From Fidelibacterota bacterium (lineage in GTDB: Bacteria > Fidelibacterota > Marinisomatia > Marinisomatales > TCS56), in assembly GCA_043822705.1 (NCBI GenBank), contig JBDRBK010000179.1, forward strand, positions 1 through 19,034: DNA of 19,034 nt. Direction: 5' to 3'. The notes beneath the pieces are model-generated. The model ran no database searches. It saw nothing but the letters and a program-made list of their open reading frames with translations, and was not told the DNA's origin. Below are positions 7,679 to 17,215 of the stretch, one piece after another. Position 1 is the stretch's first letter; every line of letters starts with the position of its first letter. Made by a program: the position numbers and the translations under genes.

Positions 7679-8020
7679 ATGCACGAAATGTCAATTGCCA
7701 TGAACGTGGTGGAAATCGCCACCAGCCAGGCCCTCCAGAATGAAGCCCGGCGAATCAATTCGATCACCCTGGATATCGGCAGTCTGGCGGGAGTGATGAT
7801 CGAGGCGCTGGAATTCTGCTTCGCTTCTGTTGGCAAAGGCACCATGGCCGAAGGGGCCGAATTGCGGATCAATGAGATTGCCGCCTGGGGCTGCTGCCGC
7901 GACTGCGGCGAAGAATTCCGCACCGAAACCTACCTGACGGCCTGTCCGGCCTGCGGCGCTTTCCGGATTGACATTATCCGGGGGCGGGAACTGAAGATTA
8001 AAACCATCAATGTTGATTAG
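7679..8020 (+). CDS. hypA: Hydrogenase maturation nickel metallochaperone HypA
   Basis: N-terminal MHE Ni motif, two CxxC (CRDC, CPAC), GREL near the C-terminus. Confidence 0.97.
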   Translation: MHEMSIAMNVVEIATSQALQNEARRINSITLDIGSLAGVMIEALEFCFASVGKGTMAEGAELRINEIAAWGCCRDCGEEFRTETYLTACPACGAFRIDIIRGRELKIKTINVD

Positions 8021-8028
8021 GACCAATT

Positions 8029-8817
8029 ATGTGTGACACCTGCGGCTGCGGAGCTGACGAAGTAACGATCCGGAAACCGGGGCAACAACCCGGCCACGCC
8101 CATACGCACGACCTCCATCATGATCATTCTCACGATCACACCCACGACCACGATCATTCCCACGCCATCATCGTGGAACAGGATCTGCTGACCCGGAACA
8201 ATCTGCTGGCGGAGCGCAACCGCGGCTATTTTGAAGCTCTGGGCATCCTGGCCCTGAACCTGGTCAGTTCGCCCGGTTCCGGCAAGACCACCCTGCTGGA
8301 AAAAACGATCGCGGCCCTGAAAGATGAAATTAAAATCGCGGTGATCGAAGGCGACCAGCAGACCACCAACGACGCCGACCGGATTGCCAAAAGCGGCGCC
8401 CCGGTGATTCAGGTCAATACCGGCGCCGGCTGCCACCTGGATGCCAACATGATCAACCGGGCGGCCAAGGAACTGGAACCGGCCGGAGATTCCCTGCTGC
8501 TGATCGAAAACGTCGGCAACCTGGTCTGCCCGGCCCTGTTCGATCTGGGCGAGGCCCACAAGGTGGTGATCATCAGCGTCACCGAAGGTCAGGACAAGCC
8601 GGAAAAATATCCCCACATGTTCGCCGCCGCCGATCTTTGTATCATCAACAAGACCGACCTGCTGCCCTACGTCGATTTCGACGTGGAAAAATGCAAGCAG
8701 TTGGCCCTGCAGGTGAATCACCACCTGCGGTTTATCGAACTTTCGGCCCGGACGGGGGAAGGCTTGGAGGACTGGCTGGTCTGGATCAAAAAAGAACTGG
8801 CGACCCGGCAGAAATAA
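8029..8817 (+). CDS. hypB: Hydrogenase nickel incorporation GTPase HypB
   Basis: N-terminal CxxCGC, His-rich linker, SSPGSGKT, CHLDA, ENVGNLVCP, NKTDL. Confidence 0.98.
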   Translation: MCDTCGCGADEVTIRKPGQQPGHAHTHDLHHDHSHDHTHDHDHSHAIIVEQDLLTRNNLLAERNRGYFEALGILALNLVSSPGSGKTTLLEKTIAALKDEIKIAVIEGDQQTTNDADRIAKSGAPVIQVNTGAGCHLDANMINRAAKELEPAGDSLLLIENVGNLVCPALFDLGEAHKVVIISVTEGQDKPEKYPHMFAAADLCIINKTDLLPYVDFDVEKCKQLALQVNHHLRFIELSARTGEGLEDWLVWIKKELATRQK

Positions 8818-8823
8818 CGTTTG

Positions 8824-11088
8824 ATGACCTTACGGAAACGAATCCGGGTCAACGGAATTGTACAGGGGGTCGGCTTCCGCCCCTTCATTTTTAACCTGGC
8901 CCACAGGCACCGGCTCGGCGGCTTTGTTACCAATGCTTCCACCGGCGTCATCATCGAAGTTCAGGGTCCGGAGTCGGCCATAACCGAATTTTTAACCGCT
9001 ATCAGCCGGGACGCCCCGCCCCTGGCGCTGATCACCGAAATTTCCGCCAGCGACCTTTCCCTCTCCGGCGCGGGTGAATTTGTAATTACTGCTTCCGATA
9101 ACCAGGCACCGGTGGCCACGATGATCTCTCCCGATATCGCCGTCTGCGACGATTGCCGCCGGGAACTGTTCGATCCGGCCGACCGCCGCTACCGCTACCC
9201 GTTTATCAACTGCACCAACTGCGGGCCGCGCTACACGATTATCGAGGCCTTGCCTTATGACCGGCCGCTGACGTCGATGCGCGATTTTAAGATGTGTCCC
9301 GCCTGCCAGGCCGAGTACGACGATCCCGCCAACCGGCGCTTCCATGCCCAGCCCAACGCCTGTCCGGTCTGCGGCCCGCGGCTGAAGCTTTTAAACATCG
9401 ATAAACAAGTGATCGCAGCCGCCGATCCAATCAAGGAAACGGTCCGGTTGCTGAAAGCCGGGAAGATTCTGGCAATCAAGAGCCTGGGCGGTTTTCACTT
9501 AGCAGTCGACGCGACCGACGCTGTCGCCGTAACCGAGCTGCGGCGCCGCAAGCAGCGTGAGGAAAAACCGCTGGCGGTGATGGTTAAAGATCTGACGGCA
9601 GCCCGGCAAATCTGTGAATTAACTGCGGCGGAAGAGGATTTGCTGGTATCGCCGCGCGCCCCGATCGTGCTGGCCCGCAAGCGCGCTGATTTACCTTTGG
9701 CCGATGAAGTTGCCCCCGGCAACGACCGCCTTGGCGTCATGCTGCCCTACACGCCCCTGCACCACCTGCTGCTGGCGGAGTATTTTGATGCACTGGTGAT
9801 GACCAGCGCCAACCTCAGCGAGGAGCCGATCTGCATCGCTAATTCTGAAGCGTTCGAACGGCTGCGGAATATAACTGATTTCGTGCTGGTCCACGACCGC
9901 GATATTTACCTGCGTGGCGACGATTCGGTGTTCATTCATCTGGCCGGTAAAAACCGGCCGCTGCGTCGCAGTCGCGGTTACGCTCCCGCGCCGGTGTTGG
10001 TGAAATCGGTTGGTGCACCGTTACTGGCGGTGGGCGGCGAATTGAAAAATACCGTCTGTCTTCTGCAGGACGACCGGGCGTTTATGAGCCAGCATATCGG
10101 CGACCTGGAAAATCTGGAAGCCTACAATTTCTTCCGCAAGACCATCGACCACCTGCAAAAGATATTTGACACGCAGCCGGAACTAATCGTTCACGATCTA
10201 CATCCCCGCTACCTGTCCACCCAGTGGGCCAAAGAGCAGCCTGTGCCACTGCTGGGGGTCCAGCATCACCACGCCCACCTGGCCGCGGTGCTGGCCGAGC
10301 ATCGACTGGACGAACCGGTGATCGGGATCATTATGGATGGCACCGGTTACGGCAGCGACGGCACGATCTGGGGTGGCGAAATATTAATCGGTGACTTCAG
10401 CGGTTTCGAGCGCTTCGCCGCATTTGAACCGCTGCCCCTGCCCGGTGGTGATGCCGCCATCAAGGCGCCTTGGCGCACGGCGGTGGCTTATCTCCAGGAT
10501 ACCTTCGGGGACGATCTGCCCGATTTACCGTTTTTGCAGGAGGTTGAACACCAACCGATCAGCGAAATGGTGGCCAAAAACATTAATTGTTTTCCAACCA
10601 GCAGTTGCGGGCGCCTGTTCGACGCGGTGGCGGCCATGGCCGGCGGCCGTCCAACAATCCGCTATGAAGGTCAGGCGGCGATTGAATTGATGCAGGCCGC
10701 CGCCGCAATCAGTGGTAGTCCGTTTGACTTTTCCTTTGCCAGGAATGGCGCCTTGACTCAAATGGAAGTTAAGCCGCTGATCCGGTCCGTAGTTGAGGCG
10801 CTACGGACCGGCGCCGGTTTTGCTGAAATCGCCCGGCGCTTTCACCGGACGCTGATAGAGATATTCTCAGCAATTGTTGAGAAAGCCCGAAATGATTCAG
10901 GTATCGACAAAGTTGTTATTAGCGGTGGAGTTTTTCAGAACCAGTTGTTGTTTGAAAATCTGATTCCGCGCCTCGAAAAAGGTAAATTTGAAGTATTCGC
11001 CCATGAACAGGTACCTACCAACGATGGCGGCATCGCCCTGGGACAGGCCCTGATCGGCCGGAAGAAGCTGGAATCAGGCAATGTTTGA
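8824..11088 (+). CDS. hypF: Carbamoyltransferase HypF
   Basis: Acylphosphatase GIVQGVGFRPF, zinc fingers CDDC/CTNC/CPAC/CPVC, QHHHAH, DGTGYGSDG, PTNDGGIALGQ. Start is ATG 8824 or TTG 8821. Confidence 0.98.
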   Translation: MTLRKRIRVNGIVQGVGFRPFIFNLAHRHRLGGFVTNASTGVIIEVQGPESAITEFLTAISRDAPPLALITEISASDLSLSGAGEFVITASDNQAPVATMISPDIAVCDDCRRELFDPADRRYRYPFINCTNCGPRYTIIEALPYDRPLTSMRDFKMCPACQAEYDDPANRRFHAQPNACPVCGPRLKLLNIDKQVIAAADPIKETVRLLKAGKILAIKSLGGFHLAVDATDAVAVTELRRRKQREEKPLAVMVKDLTAARQICELTAAEEDLLVSPRAPIVLARKRADLPLADEVAPGNDRLGVMLPYTPLHHLLLAEYFDALVMTSANLSEEPICIANSEAFERLRNITDFVLVHDRDIYLRGDDSVFIHLAGKNRPLRRSRGYAPAPVLVKSVGAPLLAVGGELKNTVCLLQDDRAFMSQHIGDLENLEAYNFFRKTIDHLQKIFDTQPELIVHDLHPRYLSTQWAKEQPVPLLGVQHHHAHLAAVLAEHRLDEPVIGIIMDGTGYGSDGTIWGGEILIGDFSGFERFAAFEPLPLPGGDAAIKAPWRTAVAYLQDTFGDDLPDLPFLQEVEHQPISEMVAKNINCFPTSSCGRLFDAVAAMAGGRPTIRYEGQAAIELMQAAAAISGSPFDFSFARNGALTQMEVKPLIRSVVEALRTGAGFAEIARRFHRTLIEIFSAIVEKARNDSGIDKVVISGGVFQNQLLFENLIPRLEKGKFEVFAHEQVPTNDGGIALGQALIGRKKLESGNV

Positions 11089-11103
11089 ATCAGGAATAAT
11101 TTA

Positions 11104-11168
11104 TCACCCTGAGACTGTCGAAGGGTGTAATTTTTCTATATTCTCATGCTTCGACACGCTCAGCATGA
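11104..11168. repeat. REP/REPIN-like inverted doublet
   Basis: TCACCCTGAGACTGTCGAAGGGTG (11104-11127) and CATGCTTCGACACGCTCAGCATGA (11145-11168) are inverted relatives, each self-palindromic, around a 17-nt AT spacer. Confidence 0.8.
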
Positions 11169-11195
11169 CCGTAACTAGTATAAAAAGGTAGAACT

Positions 11196-11498
11196 ATGTG
11201 TTTAGGAATTCCGGGAAAAGTGATTGAGACCTACGAGGAAAATGGCCTGCTGATGGGCAAAGTTGATTTTGCCGGTACGATAAGTCAGGCCTGTCTGGCT
11301 TATGTACCGGAGATTGAAATCGGCCAGTACACGATTGTTCATGCCGGTTTCGGGATATCGATCGTCGATGAGGATGAGGCCCGCAAGACCTACGAAGCCT
11401 GGGAAGAACTGGTGGAAGCTGCCGCTAAGGAGGGAGTGGATTTATACGGCCAACCGCTGCCTAAAACCAGCAGTGGAGATGAGAAGTTGAGGCGATGA
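11196..11498 (+). CDS. hypC: Hydrogenase assembly chaperone HypC/HupF
   Basis: MCLGIPG start, VHAGFGI motif, position between hypF and hypD; carries a C-terminal extension. Confidence 0.96.
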   Translation: MCLGIPGKVIETYEENGLLMGKVDFAGTISQACLAYVPEIEIGQYTIVHAGFGISIVDEDEARKTYEAWEELVEAAAKEGVDLYGQPLPKTSSGDEKLRR

Positions 11499-11502
11499 TG
11501 GG

Positions 11503-11575
11503 AGCGAAGCAAAGAGCAAAGAGCAGAGAGCGAAGAGGCCAACAACCTTTAACTCCATTACTCCTGTTCTCAAGT
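11503..11575. repeat. Short-period intergenic repeats (7-mers then 8-mers)
   Basis: AGCAAAG AGCAAAG AGCAGAG AGCGAAG (11508-11535); ACTCCATT ACTCCTGT TCTCAAGT (11552-11575). Confidence 0.7.
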
Positions 11576-11580
11576 TTTTT

Positions 11581-12672
11581 ATGAAATATTTAGACGAATT
11601 CCGCGACCCACAAGTCGCCCGGGAAATTCTGGCCGAACTACACCAGACGGTGACCCGGCCCTGGGTGATCATGGAAATCTGTGGCGGGCAGACCCATTCA
11701 ATTATCAAGAATGGAATCGATCAGGTCATCCCCAGAGAGATCGAATTAGTCCACGGACCCGGTTGTCCGGTTTGCGTCACCCCCCTGGAAATAATCGATC
11801 AGGCCATTGCGATTGCCTCCCGGCCCAACGTGATATTCACAAGTTTTGGCGATATGCTGCGGGTGCCGGGCAGCCACAGTGATTTATTTATGGCGCGGAG
11901 TACCGGTGCCGATGTGCGAACGGTGTTTTCGCCTTTGGAGGCGTTAAAAATTGCCCGGGAAAATCCCGATTGGGAAGTGGTGTTTTTTGCCGTTGGATTC
12001 GAAACCACCGCCCCCGGAAACGCCATGGCGATCAACCAGGCCAAGGTCGAAGGTTTGACCAACTTCAGTGAACTGGCCAGTCACGTGCTGGTGCCGCCGG
12101 CCATGGAGGCGCTGCTGTCGTCGCCGGATAATCGCGTGCAGGGATATCTGGCGGCGGGCCATGTATGTACGATAATGGGTTGGGAAGAATACCAACCCAT
12201 TGCCGCCAAATACCGGGTGCCGATCGTGGTCACCGGATTTGAACCAGTCGATATTCTGGAGGGGCTGCTGATGACGGTCAAACAACTGGAATCAGGCCGC
12301 CATGAGGTCGAAAACCAGTATGTGCGCTCGGTCCGCCGTGAGGGCAACCGTCCTGCTCAGGATATCATCAAGCGTGTCTTTGAACCGGTCGCCCGCAAAT
12401 GGCGTGGCATCGGCGAAATTCCGCTCAGCGGCTACGGTATTCGCGAAGAATACGCCGTGTTCGACGCGGAGAAGAAATTTTCCGTGGGCAATATCACGAC
12501 TGAAGAATCGCCGCTGTGCATCAGCGGTGAAGTGCTCCGGGGTTTGAAGAAACCCCACGAATGCCCGGCTTTCGGCAAGGAATGTCTGCCGGAGCATCCC
12601 CTGGGGGCGCCGATGGTTTCCAGCGAAGGTGCATGCGCCGCCTACTATTGTTATAATCGAAAAGTTATTTAA
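11581..12672 (+). CDS. hypD: Hydrogenase formation protein HypD
   Basis: [28 protein letters not shown]-terminal Fe-S cysteines, [12 protein letters not shown]. Confidence 0.98.
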   Translation: MKYLDEFRDPQVAREILAELHQTVTRPWVIMEICGGQTHSIIKNGIDQVIPREIELVHGPGCPVCVTPLEIIDQAIAIASRPNVIFTSFGDMLRVPGSHSDLFMARSTGADVRTVFSPLEALKIARENPDWEVVFFAVGFETTAPGNAMAINQAKVEGLTNFSELASHVLVPPAMEALLSSPDNRVQGYLAAGHVCTIMGWEEYQPIAAKYRVPIVVTGFEPVDILEGLLMTVKQLESGRHEVENQYVRSVRREGNRPAQDIIKRVFEPVARKWRGIGEIPLSGYGIREEYAVFDAEKKFSVGNITTEESPLCISGEVLRGLKKPHECPAFGKECLPEHPLGAPMVSSEGACAAYYCYNRKVI

Positions 12673-12704
12673 CCCAGAATCGAACAAGAACACTCAGTAA
12701 TTAT

Positions 12705-13766
12705 ATGTCTGATAAAACCTGTTTTCCCGAAGCACTGTCCTGTCCCCTGCCGATCATGGATTACGATACGATTCAATTATCCCACGGCGCCGGCGGCAAG
12801 CTGTCGGCCCAGTTGATCGAAAAACTGTTTCTGCCACGTTTTGGAAATCAGACCCTTGATAAATTGGAGGATCAGGCAGTTCTGACCCTGCCACCCGGCC
12901 GGGTGGCTTTCACTACCGATTCGTTTGTGGTTGATCCGATATTTTTCCCTGGCGGCGATATCGGCGACTTGGCGGTTAACGGCACGGTAAACGACATTTG
13001 CATGAGCGGAGCTGACCCGCTGTATATCAGCGTTGCCTTCATTCTGGAAGAGGGCTTGCCCATGGAAACGCTTCACCGTATTTTACTTTCGATGGAAACC
13101 GCCGCCCGGGCGGCCGGAGTCACAATTGTGACCGGCGATACCAAGGTGGTTAATCACGGAAAATGCGACCGGATTTTTATCAATACTTCCGGCCTGGGGG
13201 TGGTGCCGGATGGAGTTAATGTTTCAGCAGCCAACCTGCAGCCGGGGGATAAAATTATTATCTCCGGCACAGTGGCCGATCATGGTATGGCGGTCATGAC
13301 CACCCGTGAAGGATTGTCTTTTCAGTCCCGTATTAGTAGCGATACTGCTCCTCTGAACGGACTGGTAAAAGCAATGCTGGCGGCGACCAGGGAAATCCAT
13401 GCCATGCGCGATCCCACCCGTGGCGGATTGGCAACCTCGCTGAATGAATTCGCCCGGTCATCCAAAGTCGGAATTCGCCTGGAAGAGGGTGCGGTTCCGG
13501 TCCGGCCGGAAGTAAACGGCGCCTGCGAAATCCTGGGGATAGATCCGCTCTATGTGGCCAACGAAGGCAAGCTGGTTGCGGTGGTGCCCGGGCAAATTGC
13601 AGGCCAGGTCTTGACAGCCATGCGGCGACATCGGTATGGTCAGGATGCCACCATCATTGGTGAAGTTACATCTGATAATCCCGGACTGGTTATCATGCAC
13701 ACAGGACTGGGCGCCAACCGAATTGTCGATATGCCGGTTGGCGATCTACTGCCGCGGATTTGCTGA
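12705..13766 (+). CDS. hypE: Carbamoyl dehydratase HypE
   Basis: HGAGG, DSFVVDPIFFPGGDIG, GDTKVV, RDPTRGG, ANEGK, C-terminal PRIC. Confidence 0.98.
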   Translation: MSDKTCFPEALSCPLPIMDYDTIQLSHGAGGKLSAQLIEKLFLPRFGNQTLDKLEDQAVLTLPPGRVAFTTDSFVVDPIFFPGGDIGDLAVNGTVNDICMSGADPLYISVAFILEEGLPMETLHRILLSMETAARAAGVTIVTGDTKVVNHGKCDRIFINTSGLGVVPDGVNVSAANLQPGDKIIISGTVADHGMAVMTTREGLSFQSRISSDTAPLNGLVKAMLAATREIHAMRDPTRGGLATSLNEFARSSKVGIRLEEGAVPVRPEVNGACEILGIDPLYVANEGKLVAVVPGQIAGQVLTAMRRHRYGQDATIIGEVTSDNPGLVIMHTGLGANRIVDMPVGDLLPRIC

Positions 13767-13771
13767 ATATT

Positions 13772-15505
13772 TTATCTGTTTTGGCTGATGTGTCGGGAAA
13801 TATCTGTATCGACCGTAGTCAGTATACGCCGGTCCAGTTTATCGCCGGTCCAGAGTTGATGTCGTTCAACTTCTGTCTTAAGTGTCACCAGCCGTGCAAA
13901 ATCGCCCTTAAGACGATCGTACTGTAAAATATTGAATCCCGGTAAATAGCTGGTGAAACCCCAGCCGACAATATAATCGGCATTGGCTGGATCGTTGCGG
14001 ACATAGACGCGGGCGCCGGTACGATCCCAGTAAGCCAGAAACCAGGTGGAATCGCCAGATTCTTTGCTGATATTCCAGGAGAATTCATCTTTGCCGATGA
14101 TCAGCGACTGGAAATGGTACTTTTCATCCTGTTCCCGGAAGGCCGGGAAATCGGTTCGAACACGACCTGCCTGCCGTACGAAATCGGCCGGATAAGCCGG
14201 AACCCGGCCGTCGATATAGACCGGTTGATCGGGATACAAATGCCAGGCCAGGTATCCGCCCCAGAAATAATTATTATAGCGCGTACCGGGAACCGGGTTT
14301 TCCTTCAGAAAAGCGGTAGCCGAAACGGGCAGCCGGTAGTGGTTGACACCGGCGCCGAAATCAGTCTGATTCGGCAGGAACGGCAGTTTTCCGATAAGGA
14401 AAAGCGGGGCCAGTATTATGGCCGTTCCGAGCAGCAGGTCGACCAGCAGGCGATTATTGGCCGGCAACGACAGGCGATCAGATTTTATATTTTGATTCAA
14501 GCGACCTAACGTTATCCCGACTTGAACAATCGCCAACGCACAAAAATAGGGAACGATCCGGTTATAGGATAATGACAGTGCCAGAAAAACCGGTACCACT
14601 AGGTCGTAGGGCTGAAAGCGGTATTTGACAAGCAGGCGCAGGATTGTGGTCAGCACGATAACCACAACCAGGAAAAAATAGGGAATCAGTCCGGGACCCA
14701 GCTTCCAGGGCGGCAAATATTCGCTGATGGCGATGATATTATCGACATTAAGATGGGAGAAGGAATGAATCAGCCAGTACGGCCCCTGCGGATTAATTAC
14801 GGTCGCAGCCAGACTGGCTAATCCGATTAGCAGATAGTGCCGGAAAAAATTTTCCCGCAGTAGCCTTTTCAATGAATAATGATTGTTCACCAGGTAGGCG
14901 ACACTATCTTCAACTGCCACCAGGGCCAGCAGCGCCAGACCGAAGACCACCCCGGAGTGCAGATTAGTCCAGACGACCGCGATAACCGGTAGCCGCCACA
15001 GTGTTTTTATCGTGCCTGATCTATAACGATCGATTAAAAGCAAATACAGGTTGAATAACAGCAGGGAAGACAGATGCGCCCGGATCATTATCCGAAAATG
15101 GATACTGAGAACATAGATGATTATCAGAGCCAGCAGGATATAAATATTGGTCCGGCGGTTCTCCAGGGTTTTAAATAAAAAATACACCAGGATCAGAAAA
15201 AGGATGATTTTCAGCGTAAAGAGACCGGCCGTGCCGGTAAACAGGTGGATCAAGTAGGCGAAGGTCGAAAACAGCCATTGGGCCGAATTCCAGGAATGAT
15301 CCGGGAAAGTGAAGGAGAATAGATTAGTATTCTGCAATGAATGAGCTGCGGCAATCTGACGGCCCTCCGCCAGCGACCACCAGATATCGCCGTTATGAAT
15401 CCGGGTAAAAGAAATGATGAAAACGAAACAGAACAGGGCAGCAACCAGGAAACAGTTTGAAAATATAAGCGTCGCCGCCGAGTTTTTGTGGCTGTCTAAT
15501 TGCAT
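13772..15505 (-). CDS. Polytopic membrane protein, probable GT-C-fold glycosyltransferase-like
   Basis: About 10-12 TM segments; first-loop DIWWSLAEGRQI; WTNLHSG; ISEY; soluble C-domain with YNNYFWGGYL and VYIDGR. Start uncertain (15505 or 15604). Confidence 0.6.
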   Translation of the reverse strand: MQLDSHKNSAATLIFSNCFLVAALFCFVFIISFTRIHNGDIWWSLAEGRQIAAAHSLQNTNLFSFTFPDHSWNSAQWLFSTFAYLIHLFTGTAGLFTLKIILFLILVYFLFKTLENRRTNIYILLALIIIYVLSIHFRIMIRAHLSSLLLFNLYLLLIDRYRSGTIKTLWRLPVIAVVWTNLHSGVVFGLALLALVAVEDSVAYLVNNHYSLKRLLRENFFRHYLLIGLASLAATVINPQGPYWLIHSFSHLNVDNIIAISEYLPPWKLGPGLIPYFFLVVVIVLTTILRLLVKYRFQPYDLVVPVFLALSLSYNRIVPYFCALAIVQVGITLGRLNQNIKSDRLSLPANNRLLVDLLLGTAIILAPLFLIGKLPFLPNQTDFGAGVNHYRLPVSATAFLKENPVPGTRYNNYFWGGYLAWHLYPDQPVYIDGRVPAYPADFVRQAGRVRTDFPAFREQDEKYHFQSLIIGKDEFSWNISKESGDSTWFLAYWDRTGARVYVRNDPANADYIVGWGFTSYLPGFNILQYDRLKGDFARLVTLKTEVERHQLWTGDKLDRRILTTVDTDISRHISQNR

Positions 15506-15659
15506 CGGTGAATATAGACTGGATTGGGACTCAATCAGGAAGGAAAAAACAGTTGTCAAAAATTTATTTATTTTCGGTATTGCCGGTTGAGTTCTTTCCT
15601 GCATTCAATTAATTTAGATTATTGAATTAACTGTTTGAAAAAATATCACGGGAACGGGA

Positions 15660-16358
15660 ATGGAATTACAGGTTCTAATTTTCACTGCGATAAGCATCGG
15701 ATTCGTACATACTCTGATTGGGCCGGATCACTACATACCATTTATCATGATTGGACGGGCACGGAACTGGTCCCTGCGTTTTACCGCCATGATTACTGCG
15801 CTTTGTGGTGTCGGCCATGTTTTGGGATCGGTGGTTCTTGGTTTGCTGGGAATTGCCCTGGGCGTGGCCGTCGGCACCCTGGAACGGGTGGAGGCTGTCC
15901 GTGGTGATCTGGCGAGCTGGCTGCTTGTAGGCATCGGTGTGGCGTACGCCGCTTGGGGTCTCCGGATCGGCCTGCGCGCCGGCGAGCATGTTCATGAACA
16001 CGACCACAAGGAAGGGCATCACGATCACCGCCACCATCATTTGAGCAGCCATACCCACATTCACGGCGACACCAGTTCCGTCACCCCCTGGGCCCTGTTT
16101 ATTATTTTTGTGCTGGGTCCCTGCGAGCCGCTGATTCCGCTTCTGATGTATCCGGCGGCCAAGAATAGTTGGCTGGATCTGGCCTGGGTAACGCTGGCCT
16201 TCGGTGTGGTAACGATCCTGACCATGACGGCAATTGTAGTGGCGATGCACCGGGGATTGATCAACCTGCGCTTCGGAAAGCTGGAACGCTACATGCATGC
16301 CATCGCCGGTATTATTATCGCCCTGTCCGGATTGTCGATTATGCTGTTCGGGCTGTAA
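15660..16358 (+). CDS. Nickel/cobalt transporter-like membrane protein (UreH/DsbD_2/NiCoT-related)
   Basis: HTLIGPDH TM1 motif, GHV in TM2, His-rich loop, GPCE motif, about 6 TM; close to the hyp operon. Confidence 0.75.
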   Translation: MELQVLIFTAISIGFVHTLIGPDHYIPFIMIGRARNWSLRFTAMITALCGVGHVLGSVVLGLLGIALGVAVGTLERVEAVRGDLASWLLVGIGVAYAAWGLRIGLRAGEHVHEHDHKEGHHDHRHHHLSSHTHIHGDTSSVTPWALFIIFVLGPCEPLIPLLMYPAAKNSWLDLAWVTLAFGVVTILTMTAIVVAMHRGLINLRFGKLERYMHAIAGIIIALSGLSIMLFGL

Positions 16359-16787
16359 ATGGAATTACGCGCCGACCTGGTTCTGGCGATATTGCTGAGT
16401 ATTAGCGGCGGGTTGGTTTCATTGTATTTCCTGAAAGTCTACCGCCGGCAGATTTCACTGCGGCCCTGGTGGATACCGCGACCGGTGCAAATGACCGGAG
16501 CGACCTGCGTCCGGATCGTCGATTCGCGTTACGGGCGGGTGTTTCGTCAGCCCAATGCCTACTGGGGCTTGTGGTATTATAGTGGCTTGTCCGGCTTGAT
16601 ATTAATCAAGCAGGTCACTGATTTTCCGGATGCCCGGGTTCTGGCTGTGATCACCGGGGCGGCCCTGGTTCTGAGCCTCTATCTTTTGCACGGACTGTAT
16701 GTGCTTAAGGTGATTTGCCGACCCTGCCTCACGACCCACGCCATTAATTTCGGACTGTTTCTGATCTTTTTTCTGCGATTGCAATAA
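16359..16787 (+). CDS. Vitamin K epoxide reductase (VKOR) family protein
   Basis: 4 TM; CVRIVDSRYG..FRQPNA..G loop motif; C-terminal ICRPCL (CxxC) followed by H. Start abuts the upstream stop (TAAATG). Confidence 0.8.
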   Translation: MELRADLVLAILLSISGGLVSLYFLKVYRRQISLRPWWIPRPVQMTGATCVRIVDSRYGRVFRQPNAYWGLWYYSGLSGLILIKQVTDFPDARVLAVITGAALVLSLYLLHGLYVLKVICRPCLTTHAINFGLFLIFFLRLQ

Positions 16788-16801
16788 ACAGGAAGCGAAA
16801 C

Positions 16802-17062
16802 ATGAATGACCGTCTGCAAGTATTGCGCGATGAAATTAATGTACTCGATGCCGAACTGATTCAGCGGCTGACACGGCGACTGGAAGTCGCCCGGCAGATC
16901 GGCCAGATGAAGGCGGAATTGAATCTGCCAATCTACGATCCCGCTCGCGAACAGGAAATCCTTGCAAAACTCGAGCAAGACATCGATCTGCCGGAACACC
17001 GCTGGGCGCTACGGCAAATATATCTGGCAATCTTCGCGGCGGCCCGGGAAATCCAGGGATAA
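16802..17062 (+). CDS. Monofunctional chorismate mutase, AroQ/type II
   Basis: LRDEINVLDAELI..L..R...A..IG..K......IYDPARE..IL signature. Confidence 0.92.
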   Translation: MNDRLQVLRDEINVLDAELIQRLTRRLEVARQIGQMKAELNLPIYDPAREQEILAKLEQDIDLPEHRWALRQIYLAIFAAAREIQG

Positions 17063-17074
17063 AAAGAAAAAGGT

Positions 17075-17103
17075 TTGCCGGAACCGGTTTCCGGTTTTAT
17101 AAT
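17075..17103 (+). promoter_or_regulatory. Sigma70-type promoter of the aromatic operon, overlapping a hairpin
   Basis: TTGCCG (17075-17080), 17-nt spacer, TATAAT (17098-17103). CCGGAA/TTCCGG inverted repeat (17078-17094) followed by TTTT. Confidence 0.75.
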
Positions 17104-17111
17104 CCGTGGCG

Positions 17112-17189
17112 ATGAAAACTATGATTATCAGTATTTACAACTTTTACTACCGGTATTTTACCCGGCTGGGGTTGATTTTGCGACCTTGA
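17112..17189 (+). CDS. Tyr/Phe-rich attenuator leader peptide, 25 aa (MKTMIISIYNFYYRYFTRLGLILRP)
   Basis: Translated by hand; 6 of 8 consecutive codons are Tyr/Phe (YNFYYRYF). Lies between the promoter and the terminator upstream of pheA-tyrA-aroF. Confidence 0.85.
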   Translation: MKTMIISIYNFYYRYFTRLGLILRP

Positions 17190-17215
17190 CCAAAGGTGTA
17201 CCGGTCGCATGACTC

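Noticed and set aside
8092..8165. CAY-GAY-rich repeats in hypB (also 15985-16065)
   Set aside because: They encode ordinary His-rich metal-binding linkers.
8017..8724. Long antisense ORFs (also 1021..1707, 15675..16298, 17147..17929, 17934..18635)
   Set aside because: They lie opposite well-supported genes and are explained by GC-rich codon bias.
7679..13766. hyp operon without hydrogenase structural genes
   Set aside because: Structural genes are often encoded elsewhere, and this cannot be judged from a 19-kb window.
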